A stretch of 64,000 nucleotides of DNA, from assembly GCA_030141605.1 (NCBI GenBank), contig JAQGDQ010000021.1:434001-498000 (forward strand), given 5' to 3'. Under the pieces are notes generated by a model. It searched no databases. It saw nothing but the letters and a program-made list of their open reading frames with translations, and was not told where the DNA came from. Position numbers and translations under genes: made by a program. The stretch's first letter is position 1. Each line of letters begins with the position of its first letter. Source of the DNA: Tubiluchus corallicola (lineage: Eukaryota; Animalia; Priapulida). This document shows, piece by piece, positions 36,427 through 49,200 of this stretch.

Positions 36427-38519
36427 AATAGGTGTGGCAGAGCCGTTTTGCTTAATTTTGTTGTTATCAATGAAAGTTAAGGGACTTGCTCATTTGTGTA
36501 CTAAACCCCTATGAAGAATTTTAAGATAAACATTTGTGTACAGTACAATTAAAAACACTGGAAAAGAATGTGGACATTCATTGTATATAAAACCTTAGAC
36601 TTAATTAGATTAATTTAAATTTCCTTCTGTCTTAAATCAAATGTAAATTTATGAAGCTTTATAGAAATTTGTTTTCATTGCTAATACTGTATATGTTGAT
36701 CTTTTAACTGTACAGTTTTTTTTGGAACATTCGTAAAGTGTTTCATAAGATTTTATATACTTGGCATCCAGTTGGAAAAAATGGTTAAATAATTCCCGTT
36801 CATTCAGTTTTTATCTAAATTCAAAATTGAATGCTCAAAGCTACTACAAAAGCTTTTCAGAGACTAATGCATATTTGAATATGCTTTTCAGAGACTTATT
36901 TGAATGTTTGTACTTAATTGTACTCCAACTTGTCAGATGCTGATTCCCAGTATGGTATCTATCTCTGTACTGTTATAAATGTGCTTAGACTCCTGTTCAT
37001 ATTCTGGCTCTGTCTTTATTTTTATGTGGACCATATTTCTACTGTAATTACATTCTAGGAACACAGAATTATGCACCTTGGTACTAAGCTGAAGCTATTA
37101 TGAAAAGTTTTTTATGTCAGTGCCACTGTACGTTTTAACATTTTCTTCTTTCGTTTTGCCGAAGAGTTTTGCTAAGCTTCTATGTACAGTGTATGTGGCT
37201 CTAATGCCAGCCATTTTTCGCTGCTGTGCTGATTCATTGCAAATATGGCTACGACTTTTCATAATGAAAATGTATATATGTATATTGATACTATGTAGAG
37301 TTAGAATACAACTGTGAGTTTTTTGTAACATATTTTTTTCTGAATGGAAATTGATCTAGGTAACTTTAAAATATAAAATGTAACATCACACGTAACATGG
37401 CTACTATCCTATGCGCCATGTATCTAACAATTATTTCGACAGCTGAAATGTTTGATAAATTCTTTATTCACTCAGAACCAAAAGTGTATTTTGCAAGCTT
37501 TTCGGAACTTTTAATATTCAATGCAGTTACGCACATTCAAGTCCTTTTAAGGCCATGTGATACATAAAAAAATTAAGAAACTTTGGCAGAATGGCACTTA
37601 AAAACAAAACAATTAACACTCAAAATAACGTGTTTGTTAATACTGTTCTAAATTTGACCTAGTTTCATGTATAAGTGCTCTATCAAGCCTATTTCCACTA
37701 CGAAATTGTAGTAACACACCTCAGTATGGGCAAACAACTAAACAACCTGAACCATTAATTTGTCCTTTCTCGCATCATCGTTATCGGCTTACTGAGATAT
37801 GCAGAAAACTGCTGCTTTAGTTTGCAAATTTAAGTAACCCAGCATCCGCAAGACGTACGAAATAATAGAAAATCTGGAAACTGGATGGTGGGGTTTTAAG
37901 AAAACATGACAAAGTGAATACTGAGAGAGTGGAAAGTTGTATTGGCAATACATGTAATGGAAAATGTGCTTTTTAAGCAAAATTCCTTTTCTAGAGGTGT
38001 GAGTTAACTTAAAAAAAAATTCACAGGTATTTAGGCAGAGTGGAATAGAGGCACACCTGGGGTTTTAAAAAGCAGAAATTCTTTAAGGGCCTGAGATAGG
38101 AAGAGTCAAAATGTGAAAACTAAGCCAAATGGCCTTGTCACTCGACTCCCATTGTCATATTTGACTATTTGTCATTGCTTATGCATTAAGTATTTTCAAA
38201 AAATAGATGTGGTTGTAGCTATGTCACATCAATAACTCCAAAAGTATAAGAGCTAGAATCATGAAACTTGCGGCATAGGCACCTCAGACAGGTTAATTCT
38301 CAGAGAACGGTATGAAAACAGTGACCTCTGGGTCAATGGTCGTAGTGATTGGTGCCATTATGTGAAAATTGACACAAGTAAATCTGTTACTTAATTGCTC
38401 TTAAGACTAAGACTAGGAGCCTAATTTTTGCTGGCAGGGTAGCCAAGAAAGGATAGATGTGCATAATTTTTTTTTCAGGATGTAGGCTTGGCCAGGTTAC
38501 ATGACTCAGTCTGCAGTTT

Positions 38520-38860
38520 CCGGTTTGCATTTTCTGGATTCCCCCTACTGACCGCCTGTCAAAACCCAGACCATGGTTTTCAGATTGCATTTTTTTGGAT
38601 TCCCACTTAATGTACCTTTCCTTTCAAAACTGAGTTCATAGTTTCCGCTTGCAGTTTATTGATATTCCATATCCCACAGACTCCGTTCCCCCTCTCTGCA
38701 GTCCCTCTTATGGACATTTGCTTTCAAAACCCAGTCTGCGATCTCCGGTCCCCAATTTACGGATTCCCCTTGTTACATCAAAACTCTGGATTCCCATGTT
38801 ACATACCTGTAGTTTGAAAACCCAATCCTGTCCCTGCCACATTTTCCAAAAGCCAATCCA
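38520..38860. repeat. Degenerate ~60-bp tandem array (GGATTCCC ... TCAAAACCCAG units), probably internal to a non-autonomous element spanning ~38200-38990
   Basis: Recurring ttgcatttt.tggattccc and tcaaaac(c/t) motifs spaced roughly 55-65 nt apart. Confidence 0.45.
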
Positions 38861-39554
38861 CAATTTCTCGCTTTTTCCATGTATTCCACTGTTTTTTTCT
38901 TCAAATCTCAGTAAGCCATATTACTATGTGAAGGTCGTACTGATTAGTAGGTTTGGTGCCAACATTAGTGACACAAAATCTAAGCTCTAAAGCTAATAGC
39001 ATTGTTTCCTAATACTTAATAATAAAGCAGGGAGGACGGAAAGAAAGACAAAAGAGAGTGAGAGTTTGAGGACAAAGAGAGAAAAGGGGAGAATCAGTGG
39101 ATTGAGAACGAGAGAGGAAGACTATTACCTCCCAAAACAACTTTTATTGTTAATTAGAGAGCACTAGTGAGAGAGGGCGAGAGAGATCATGAAAACAGAG
39201 GTATGCTGACAGATTGTTCACAAGTTCCACATGTTAATGACACTGCAGAAAGAGGAAGCAATGAACATATAAGCAACAATGTAAAAGTCAATTAAAGCAA
39301 GCGAAATCAGAGCAATAATACACAATTTATAATTTTTTTAATGTTTGATAATTATTCAGCTTAAAATTTTTGTTTGGACTAAAGACATCAGTTATCAAAT
39401 AACGTAGGAAAGCCTATCGTATATTATAGGTACTATTGTAAGGTTTTCGATAATAATGCATGTGCGGGATGTAGTGTAGCTTTTGTTAGGAGCATGAAAA
39501 ACTATTAATTTTAGTGCTAAACCAAAAAAAAGTATTGCTCACTCAATATGAAAT

Positions 39555-39840
39555 TCATCATGCCTTCAATATAAATTTTAGTGTAGAAGCCTTGTGTCTT
39601 GCACAGTCTGCAAACTTGAGTGGCATAATAGGAGCTGATTGAACTGAATAGCATAGAATTCAACCTTACCAAACTCATCCACCTAGGCAGACTGAAAGTT
39701 AAAATACTCCAAGGAAATACATATTCATCGATATTCAAAAGAAGAGCTTATGAGACATTTGGAAGACGTGGTGGACGACTTTGAGTTTCTGGTCATACTC
39801 TTACATCTTCAAACTGAGACAGACAAAGCTTCCACACTAA
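39555..39840 (-). mobile_element. Decayed repeat, copy 2 of the family at 33350-33670
   Basis: Shares colinear sequence blocks with 33350-33670, in the same orientation. Confidence 0.4.
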
Positions 39841-40111
39841 GGCAGGATCTGTAATTGTTTTTGTACCCACCTGGCAAAACGATACATACCAGGCAAGAAT
39901 TGTTTTCTTTCTCAATAGCTACATAAGTTGTATTCTTTGTCACTAGCTACATTAAGCGATAATTAAAAACGTGTTACTAGCATTAACTACAGTGTCATTG
40001 TGTTTTGCCACTATTAGAAATGAAACAGGCGTCACGAAGGCACAAAACGCTAATAAATTGAGCTGAGTTAGAGTTGCCTGGTCGATGGGATGATGATGTC
40101 ATACGTAGACT

Positions 40112-40291
40112 GCCATCTTCTTTTATGAAGCGGTGTTTTCTGCAGATTCTGTAGTTAAATTATTTAAAAGCAGATAAAAGCAGCTACTTTTTCTACTTTT
40201 CTATACTTACTTAGTAGATTACTATGAAGTGGTAGTACTTGCTTTTTTCAATTACTTTTTTTGCAGCGAAAAATTACGCGTAAAGATGGCG
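40112..40291 (+). promoter_or_regulatory. AP3D1 promoter/5' region with two YY1-like motifs (GCCATCTT 40112-40119; AAGATGGCG 40283-40291 over the ATG)
   Basis: Both match the YY1 consensus GCCATNTT, and the region is locally CpG-richer. Function is inferred. Confidence 0.35.
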
Positions 40292-43200
40292 AATATTCGA
40301 TTGAAAAAAGTAAAAGATAATCTGGAGAGAATGTTTGATAAGAATATGACTGATATGGTCCGGGGCATCCGCAACAACAAGGAAAATGAGGTAACAAATG
40401 AAGAAATGTAAAGCTAAGGGTGTACCTAAAAACTGAGTCCAATTTAGTTCGAAAAGGCTAAAGTGAACAAGCGAATCTTGAGTTGTTTCTTAAACTCGTC
40501 AAATTTAGTACAACAATGCAAATCAAGTGGGAGTTTGTTCCATTCTCTGGGGTTAGCTACTGAAAAAGATCTATCTACTATAGTTTTACAACGATTAAAG
40601 GGTACATCTGAAGTGATGCCCTAATCAACCAGAGCACTGGAGGGTGTCCGAACTAAGAAATCTTTAAGAAGATTAGACAAATAACTAATTATAATTACTT
40701 TGTCACTGACAACGACAAACTGTCTGAGCTTAACAGTTACACTTAATAGGGATGTTAAACGAACAAATTCAGCTATGTTGTACTTTCTTTCATTGTGCTC
40801 AATCAAGTTTTATGCCTAATAAGCATTTAATCTAATTACCTACTTGCCTACATGCAGTCATAAAATGTACACTTTTTTAATGTTGATTCTGTGTTATTTA
40901 TAAATGTAACCGGCAATTTTTTAGATTAATTTGTTAATGGTGTTACCAGATCCATAGTCCATGCTCTTCACAGCTGTGCTGATGTGTCATAGATCATTAA
41001 TTTATCAAGTTAAACATTGTCAATTTATCTGAATCTAATAAAACAATTATCTCATTATTGCTGTCCATGATTAACAAATGTGGACAAGACACAGTAACAG
41101 CAAAACCAAATTTTTTACTTGTAGTTAAAATTATAGTACTTATATATGACATTATATACTATATATATATATATATATATAGTAAATTATAGTAATTATA
41201 GAAATTGTACTTTATCCTTGATCATCATCAGTATCTGTTTCCTTTTGTTACATGCATGATTGGTACATCAGAATTCGACAACAGTTTTGAAGAGGAAAGG
41301 TCATTGAGAAAATTAAAATATCATCACAAAAGTTTACGTTTTTCAAGACAAAACTGTTTTCAGTTTGCTGAAAATGTGAAAAGTGGCCAGTATATGTTGC
41401 TAACTTTTTATTTGTTACATTTGGACACTGACATTTAAACATTACAGTGCGTAAGATTCTACTTATCAGTGTGGATGGTCTGATTATACTAAAACCAATC
41501 CGATTTGTAGTTATCCGATTCTGATTATTAGTTCCGATTACTAATCCTATTTCATTGTGATACATTTGAAACTGAAGCAGCTTTTGCAACTTTTACATTT
41601 TGGTAACTAACTGGATTTAAGTGTGACGGTGCAAATTACTTGAGACTGCAGTGCCTACAAAATATATATAGCTTATAACCTGTTAAAGTCTGAGAAAAAT
41701 CTTTGTCTATGAAGTGTGAACAACAACAACAACAACAGAAAATACAAACTAAGTCAAATTAATAGAGAATTTAACCATTTTTTCGCATAGTTGCTGACTG
41801 CATCACTGCTAGGCTGCTTTTACAATCACAACAAATTGATTGCACGCCGTAGTTGAGGTAATTAAGTATCCTAATGGTCAGAAAGATAACTGGCATTACA
41901 ACTTGAAGACCTGAAAATATGAGCTTGAAGATTGCCCTTTAACAGTATTTCTCACATAAGTTGCTATTATTGCCATTTTTCCATGGCATTTGTATAATTG
42001 TAAGCTCTAGATGCTACCATGCGCGTCTTTTCCATGCAAAAAAAATAATCTTTTTGCATTAATTATTACTGTGAAATAAGTAATCGGGAAAAGACAACCA
42101 TTATCAACGATCCCCGATTTTAGTAGTGCAGTTCTGATCGCACATCCAATCGTAATTGGAATTGGACCATCTCTGCTTGAAAGAGCTTATCAGCCACGTG
42201 ATTTTAATTTTTAAGTTAATTGAGGAATACCCCAGAGTTGAAGTTAAACTTTGTTTTTTACACATTTTGTATATTTTACATACTTTTTATATGTTTTTTA
42301 TAGGGTCGATATATTGCCCAATGCTTGGATGAAATCAAAGTGGAATTGAAGCAGGAGAATGTGGCTATAAAAGCTAATGCTGTCCTGAAATTATGTTATG
42401 TGAGTATTATTAACCTGTAGATAGGTTATAGAAAATGTCGAACATTATTTTTGCTTTATTGTGTTGTGGTATATTACTTTGTGAGCAGCCTATGAGATGT
42501 AAAAGCGGTGGTGCATTTTTATGCAGTTGTGCGCAGTTTAAGCTGTTATCCAGCATGTAAAATGAAGCCTTTATTCATAGTTATAGGAGTGAGCTTAGCT
42601 TGGGCTGGCCACATGAAAAATTGTTCCTGACTTACCCCATCAGCTCAAAAGATGTCAGGAGGGAGGGAGAAATTTTGTTTCAAAAAAACAATTTAAAGCT
42701 TTCTGAATGTTTAAAGCTGAATCGTGTAATATTTAAAATCAGTTGAAATCAAAGTTTGTTTATTTCCCACTGGTTATCAGTAATGTTTTAAATTCTTCCA
42801 ATGTACATTTTTTCCCGATTTGCATTTAGTTTTTTGTTTCGCATTACTAAATGATCGTATAATTATCGATTATCGTATATCTTTTTTGTATGGTATGAAC
42901 GTGTTCTTTGATAATTATCATATAAGCGACAACACTACTCAGTCATTAATACGATGATTTGCTGGAGAATACGATACTTTCAGTCTGCAATACGGTAATC
43001 AGCATCTTACCTGGCCACGAGTTAGCCGTAAAAAAATATGGCTAAGTCCTCGCCGAAAGAATGTTATAATTATTGCTTTTTCTGTTTTAAATTTAAAAAA
43101 ATATGCTTTTGTATTCCTGCGTGAAGTAAGCATATGAACATACAAAAAAATCATGAAATTCCCTGCCGGGTGTGCGATAAAAAATTACCCGGGCAATAAG

Positions 43201-46200
43201 ATGGAAACTGAAATATTTTTATTGTCAGGCTTGTTATCATGAGTAATCCTTGGTGTTTTGATTGGGATGTATTTGTATTCTCTCTTTATGAAAATAATAG
43301 TGAGGCAGTGCAGTAGGTGAAGCCTAAATGAATTTTGACAGTTGCCCACCCATTTTTAACCATTTTCAGCATTGCTTTATAGTTTATAGTGAAGCATACA
43401 CTATAAATACTCAGACATTTCTCTATCCGTGCAAATTACCTTACGCTGCACTGTTTTTTTTTGTTTTTTTTGAAGAAGCAATCATGTGCTAATATTTTAT
43501 GGATTTATGATTAATATAATTTATGGCCAGTGGGATAGGCTAGATATATCAGCCTTGGTTTGCTGTTACAACAGCTCAAGTACTTAGTAAGTCTAAGGTT
43601 TTATTGTCAACACTAGGGTACCTTAGCTCTTAGGGCACTGCTTCTTATTGTGCGAATTACCTTAATAGTAGTATTCTGACTAGTGCCAGTGGATAATTTT
43701 CAGTTCATGTGAGCGTTATCTAGGTCCACTGACGTGCAATATAACCCACTGCACAGTGTTGCTGTTGCTAACTATTGATTAGCTATAAAACTGAACAAAC
43801 TAACCTACTGGCTGTATCTAGAGCTAGGTGGCTTATAGAATAGATTGTTGAAGTTTTGCAAAACATCCTGATAATGTGCTTATTGCTTTGCGTCAATGAC
43901 ACCTATATCGTGTAGGCTTATTCTAAACATTAGTGTGCAAGTCGAGTCTAGTGTACAGCAACTGAGTATTTATAGAGCTTAGCCATTCGGAAATACTTGT
44001 CTAGTTTTAGCTTAATATGTGTAGACTGTAATGTATAGCATGTCTGGACTTGCAGTGGTTTTGGTCCATATATCATGTAAGGTTGCCTGATACTAAACAT
44101 AAATTCTGTTGGTTTTAGGCATGCTTACGCATTTAATTTTCAATAATGCGCATCTGTTGTAATGTGTTTGCCTTCTGCTGTGTTTGTTTGCTTTTCTTCC
44201 TATACAATCATTTTAAATGAAAATTGAAAAATATGCCATTCAGTTTTTATTGTATTTTTATGTTTTTTTGGAATGATTATAGATTATGCTTGATTATACA
44301 GCTGTTCGTCATATTAGTCGCTGTTAAATGTTTGTCTAATTTCCATGTTCTTGTACTGTACATTATGCAAGTGTACGTACATGACGTTCAATGTATATGT
44401 ACAGTATTGTGCACTACGGAACGAAAATAAAAAGTAGTATTTGAAAGTTGAGTGGCTGTTGGCTCTAAAAGCCTATAGCCCACACTTAATTGTTGATTAT
44501 TTAGCATCTGTGTATTTAATGCAATTTATTTCATATTTAATATGTATCTAGATAGTAAGTAGCATATACTTAATAGATTTTCTGTCCCACATATACTGCT
44601 ATAATTGTTGTACAAGCATCTGTGTATTTAATGCAATTTACTTCATATTTAATACGTATCTAGATAGTAAGTAGCATATACTTAATGCATTTTCTCTCCC
44701 ACATATACTGCTATGTGAGAATTTTATGTACTTCAGTCGTTTGTTGTTTTTTTAAATCCAGTCACGAGCTATCATGGACGAGTATTTTAATATTAACTAA
44801 AGGCGATTGTTAAACCTGAATTTGGTTACACAAACCTTACACAATGCATTATGGGGCATGCAAAGGTCGTATGATCAGTACAGGTTTATAATCCCTCTAA
44901 GCCCAACATAAAGTTTGATATTTTGCATTAATCGGTTTGTGGCTAATTGCTTTTGAAATCAGTAAGTTTTCGAGCTCATTTTCATTTATACAACATTTCT
45001 TATTGGTTTTATTATTTTGATGCAATTTTTGTTAAGACTTTTATTAACATTACTAACCAATCATGACATTTCATTACAACTAATGAATTATTGTGTCTGT
45101 AGCTTCAGATGCTTGGTTATGACATCAGCTGGGCAGCTTTCAACATTATAGAGGTCATGAGTTCACCCAAGTTCACTTTCAAAGTAAGGATTTTTAGTAT
45201 GATTGTTGCTGTTTTCTTACATAAATTTCACGTCCTCTTTAATTTATCAGTTGGAATTTTTGATTCAATAAGTTTTTTTATTTGCACCTTTTTTGTTTGC
45301 GAATTAGAGTTTGGCTTTAAAATCTGGACAGTCAGTCATTGTTGTTATTTTCAGAGAGTGGGCTATCTTACTGCATCTCAGTGCTTCCATGAGGGAACAG
45401 ATGTTCTTATGCTAACAACAAATATGATTCGAAAGGTAAGCATCCGCTGTATTTGATATTGGAAGTATTTGTTGTAATCTCACAAAAATTGATATTGAAA
45501 ATAACGTGAAAATTGACTAGTTGCACAGTGCATGATTACATTATTATGATTAGCAGAAATTCTGTACTATTGCATTCATACTTTAGTTACTTCTGTGGAG
45601 GAGGGGGGCTTGTAGGTTTTTTGTTGATATCTGTATTATACACATGCTTTGAAATACATGAATTGGAAGAAGTTGTAAAGGGGCTAGAAAATCTTACTGG
45701 ACTGACGTCCGCGAGACACTTCCTCAGGATGATGGACACAAATTGTTTCTTAAAGTATTTTTTCCTAATATTAATAGAAAAAATGTTTGCTGTTTTCCTC
45801 TCTTTATTAATAAAAACGGCAAATCTGTTCCACATTCTAATACTCATCAAAGTTACTATGCAATTAATACTTGAGGTAATATTTTTTCCTCACGCTGCAA
45901 TTTGTCGTAATGTATTGCGTCACACTCAAAAATTTGGCAACAGTGGAACGTACAGGTGCAATGTATGTGCATAATAATTATGCAGTAACTGAAATCTTAA
46001 TAAGCGCAAACTCGTTCGTTCTATAAATAGGCTTGTTGTTATAAAGATAAGCTATATTGATTTTTTTTAGCAACACAGCTAACTTTCCAAACCCTACTAA
46101 TTAGCAGTACTGAAATTTTCCTACATAATAGTTTCAGCTTAAAAGTGTTATCTTGCTTTTTGTTTTGTCATTGATTTGTGGTTGGCTTCAAATCGTACTG

Positions 46201-49200
46201 TTATAGTTATCATTGCAATTGGTCTTGCCACCTAGTTGCCAACTAACACAAGTCAAATCCTGTCTTAAAAACTTCACTGTTTAATTCCTTTATGACACTC
46301 AAAAAATACTTCCTTCAGTAGTTAAGCAACATTACACATAAGAAGTGCCTAGATGGATGAGATATTTTTAGAATTTTGTTTCAAGTTGTGCCCTGGCAAA
46401 GTGATAGAAACAGTGAGCCAAATAAAATCAATGAGTCCTTTCTTAGTATAGTTCTAAGAAATTTTGTGGAATAGTATCTAACATAAGGCAAAATTATCTT
46501 GTTAAGCATCACAGTTTTAAATCACTGAACACCATGTGTGCTTGATGTGTATGTAGACTACTAATTAATGCTGTGAACCGAGATAACGTTTGAAGATAGT
46601 GACTGTATATCCAATGAGAATACATGTAGAAGGTGAAAATTTTAATAAAATTGACATTTTAGAAGACGATATATTTTCAAATCTTCACTGCAACCCTTCC
46701 CCCCTCAATTAACTTGATGTTGGAAACTTCTATGAAAATCTCTGTGCTTGGTCCATCACCGGCATGCTAACTTTTTGTCCCTGGGACATTTGTAAGATTT
46801 TCCGCCTCTGGTTGTAACTTTTGTTTTTGTTGTGTATTTATGCAATAGTAAATCACTCAGTACGACCATAACTAATAGCTTAGTGTGACATTTCAGATTT
46901 CATGATTTAAGTCACACTGATTTAAAATGTATATTTAGCTTTTTGTTCCATTTTGGGGAAAGTTTCATTAGCTGAGCTTTATTGTGCACTGAATTGTCTT
47001 AAATGAATGTTGTGTGTAGCAATCTAAAATCACTATAACGTAAACTATTAGTCTCTTGCCTGCTAGTAATTGGTAACGTCCATTGTTAGCTTCTATATCT
47101 ATTGCATAAGTTGTTCACTCTCTATTATTTTAAATTTTTTTTAAATTTAAAATTAAATGGCAATGGATACCACTTTGTCATAATAAAATTTTCACAACAC
47201 CATCAATGGTTCAGTGATATAATGGCAACACATTAGTGACAAAAATATATTATTTTTGTTATTACATATTTTTTGCATAATATGACACTTTGTTTAATAT
47301 GTCGCTCAAATTGTTACTCTGCAGTTAAAGCAAACGTTTTCATTTAAACAGATTTGTTTCAAACAGCATTTTTTCATTTGAATTGTGTGAAAGTTAAACT
47401 CGTCTTTTTTCAGGACCTGAATAGTTCTAATATATATGATGCTGGAGTTGCGTTGACAGGCTTGTCATGCTTCCTTACACCAGATCTAGCTAGAGATCTA
47501 GCTAATGACATTATGACGTTGGTACGATTATTCAGTTTGATATGAAATTTATCTAATAAGCACTTCATTTTCTGTCATTGAAACAGTATACATTTAAAAA
47601 TTTTAAATGCCACATTTGAATTTTTGATTTTTTTGATAGTTTTATAATAACTCAACATCAATTCAAATTTGCCGTAGCCTTGCAAAAATGTGAGGTTTGA
47701 CATGAAAACTTGTTATTACTCACAATGTTCCTGTGTTATAGTTTACAGTCACCCAAAGCAGCATTTTAGGTTTTGGAGCAGTGAATCAAAAAAATTTGGG
47801 GGTTCCTCGGTGCCAATAAATTTTGAAACATGGGCGCGTTAGCTTTGTTATTTAATGATGTCAAGTCATCACCAGTAGATCTAGTTATGCAAAAAAAATC
47901 ATGTGAGAAGAGTTGTTCAAATGTATGTCATTTTATTGCACATAATATGCTTGTCGATCTTAGTAAGTTACTATCTAGTTTTACTGTTTTGGCTGCAATC
48001 TTAAATTGCGAAGTGGATAAGCTCCTTATATGATTCTAGGTCACTTGGTTAGTGGACATTAGGACAGTGGATAGATAGACACTGGACTTTTGGGTCGTAG
48101 GCCACTGTTCAAGTGTCCTTCGCTGCCCAAGTGACCATCATTGACTCATAGATCTAATCAAATTATCATTTTTGAATAATAACAGGTAATTTAGTGGTTA
48201 TTGGTTTCCTTCTTTTATTATAGTGAAAGCTTGAATGAAATTATTGTGTTTTTCAGATGGCATCCACAAGGCCATATATTAGGAAAAAAGCTGTGTTAAT
48301 GATGTACAAAGTATTCTTGAGGTATCCCGATGCACTGCGGCCAGCTTTTCCGAGGTTAAAGGAAAAGCTAGAAGATCCAGATCCAGGTTTGTGTTCCATT
48401 TTTGTTGTTCTCTAAACCGAAAAGTATGTGAGAGGTTATCACAGCTTTATTTTTAATTTTTTACAAGAAGCTTGTTAACAACAGATTTTCATATCTGTTC
48501 ATTTTAAAAAATTATGTTGTGTGTTAGTTCTTAGTTTGGAATTATTTTAAATGTGCAAAAATAGTCTTTTACCTCGAGTAATTTGTAAGAATTGTTATTG
48601 CAAGTATTTGAAAAGTATAAAAATAATTAGCAAAAATTCTTAGTATGTTTTTGTTTATCTTAGTTTTCTTTTGAAATTTTCTCAGTGTAACTAGACTTAC
48701 TTGATTTGGTTTGCAGGTGTGCAATCAGCAGCTGTCAACGTTGTCTGTGAATTGGCAAGGCGAAATCCAAAAAATTATCTATCCCTTGCCCCAGTTTTCT
48801 TTAAATTGATGACTAGCTCTACCAATAACTGGATGCTTATCAAAATCATTAAGCTGGTAAGCACATCCTCTTAATTGGATTGTATTTGATGAGCGCAATG
48901 TTTGTTAGTCGTATGTTTGATATGTTTGTGAGCAGCTTGTTGCACTTCTAAGCGTTAATGTACAATTTTTTATTTTATTTTATTTTGTCAGTTTGGTGCA
49001 TTGACTCCGTTAGAGCCTCGCCTGGGAAAGAAGTTGATTGAGCCTCTAACTAATCTTATACACAGGTATTGGTTAGTTTAATTGCAGTTGTACATTAACT
49101 GTGTTTATTATTGCACAACATTTGTGATCATAAAATGTTGTTATTTGTATAGTGCTTGTTTAAATTGCTCACTTGGTTTTCTGAATTTTTTTTGGAAAAT

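Noticed and set aside
45513-45974. 153-aa intronic ORF in AP3D1 and its antisense 87-aa ORF
   Set aside because: They have no domain resemblance and a low-complexity F/L/I/K composition typical of AT-rich intron or repeat DNA; the long ORF has a non-ATG start.
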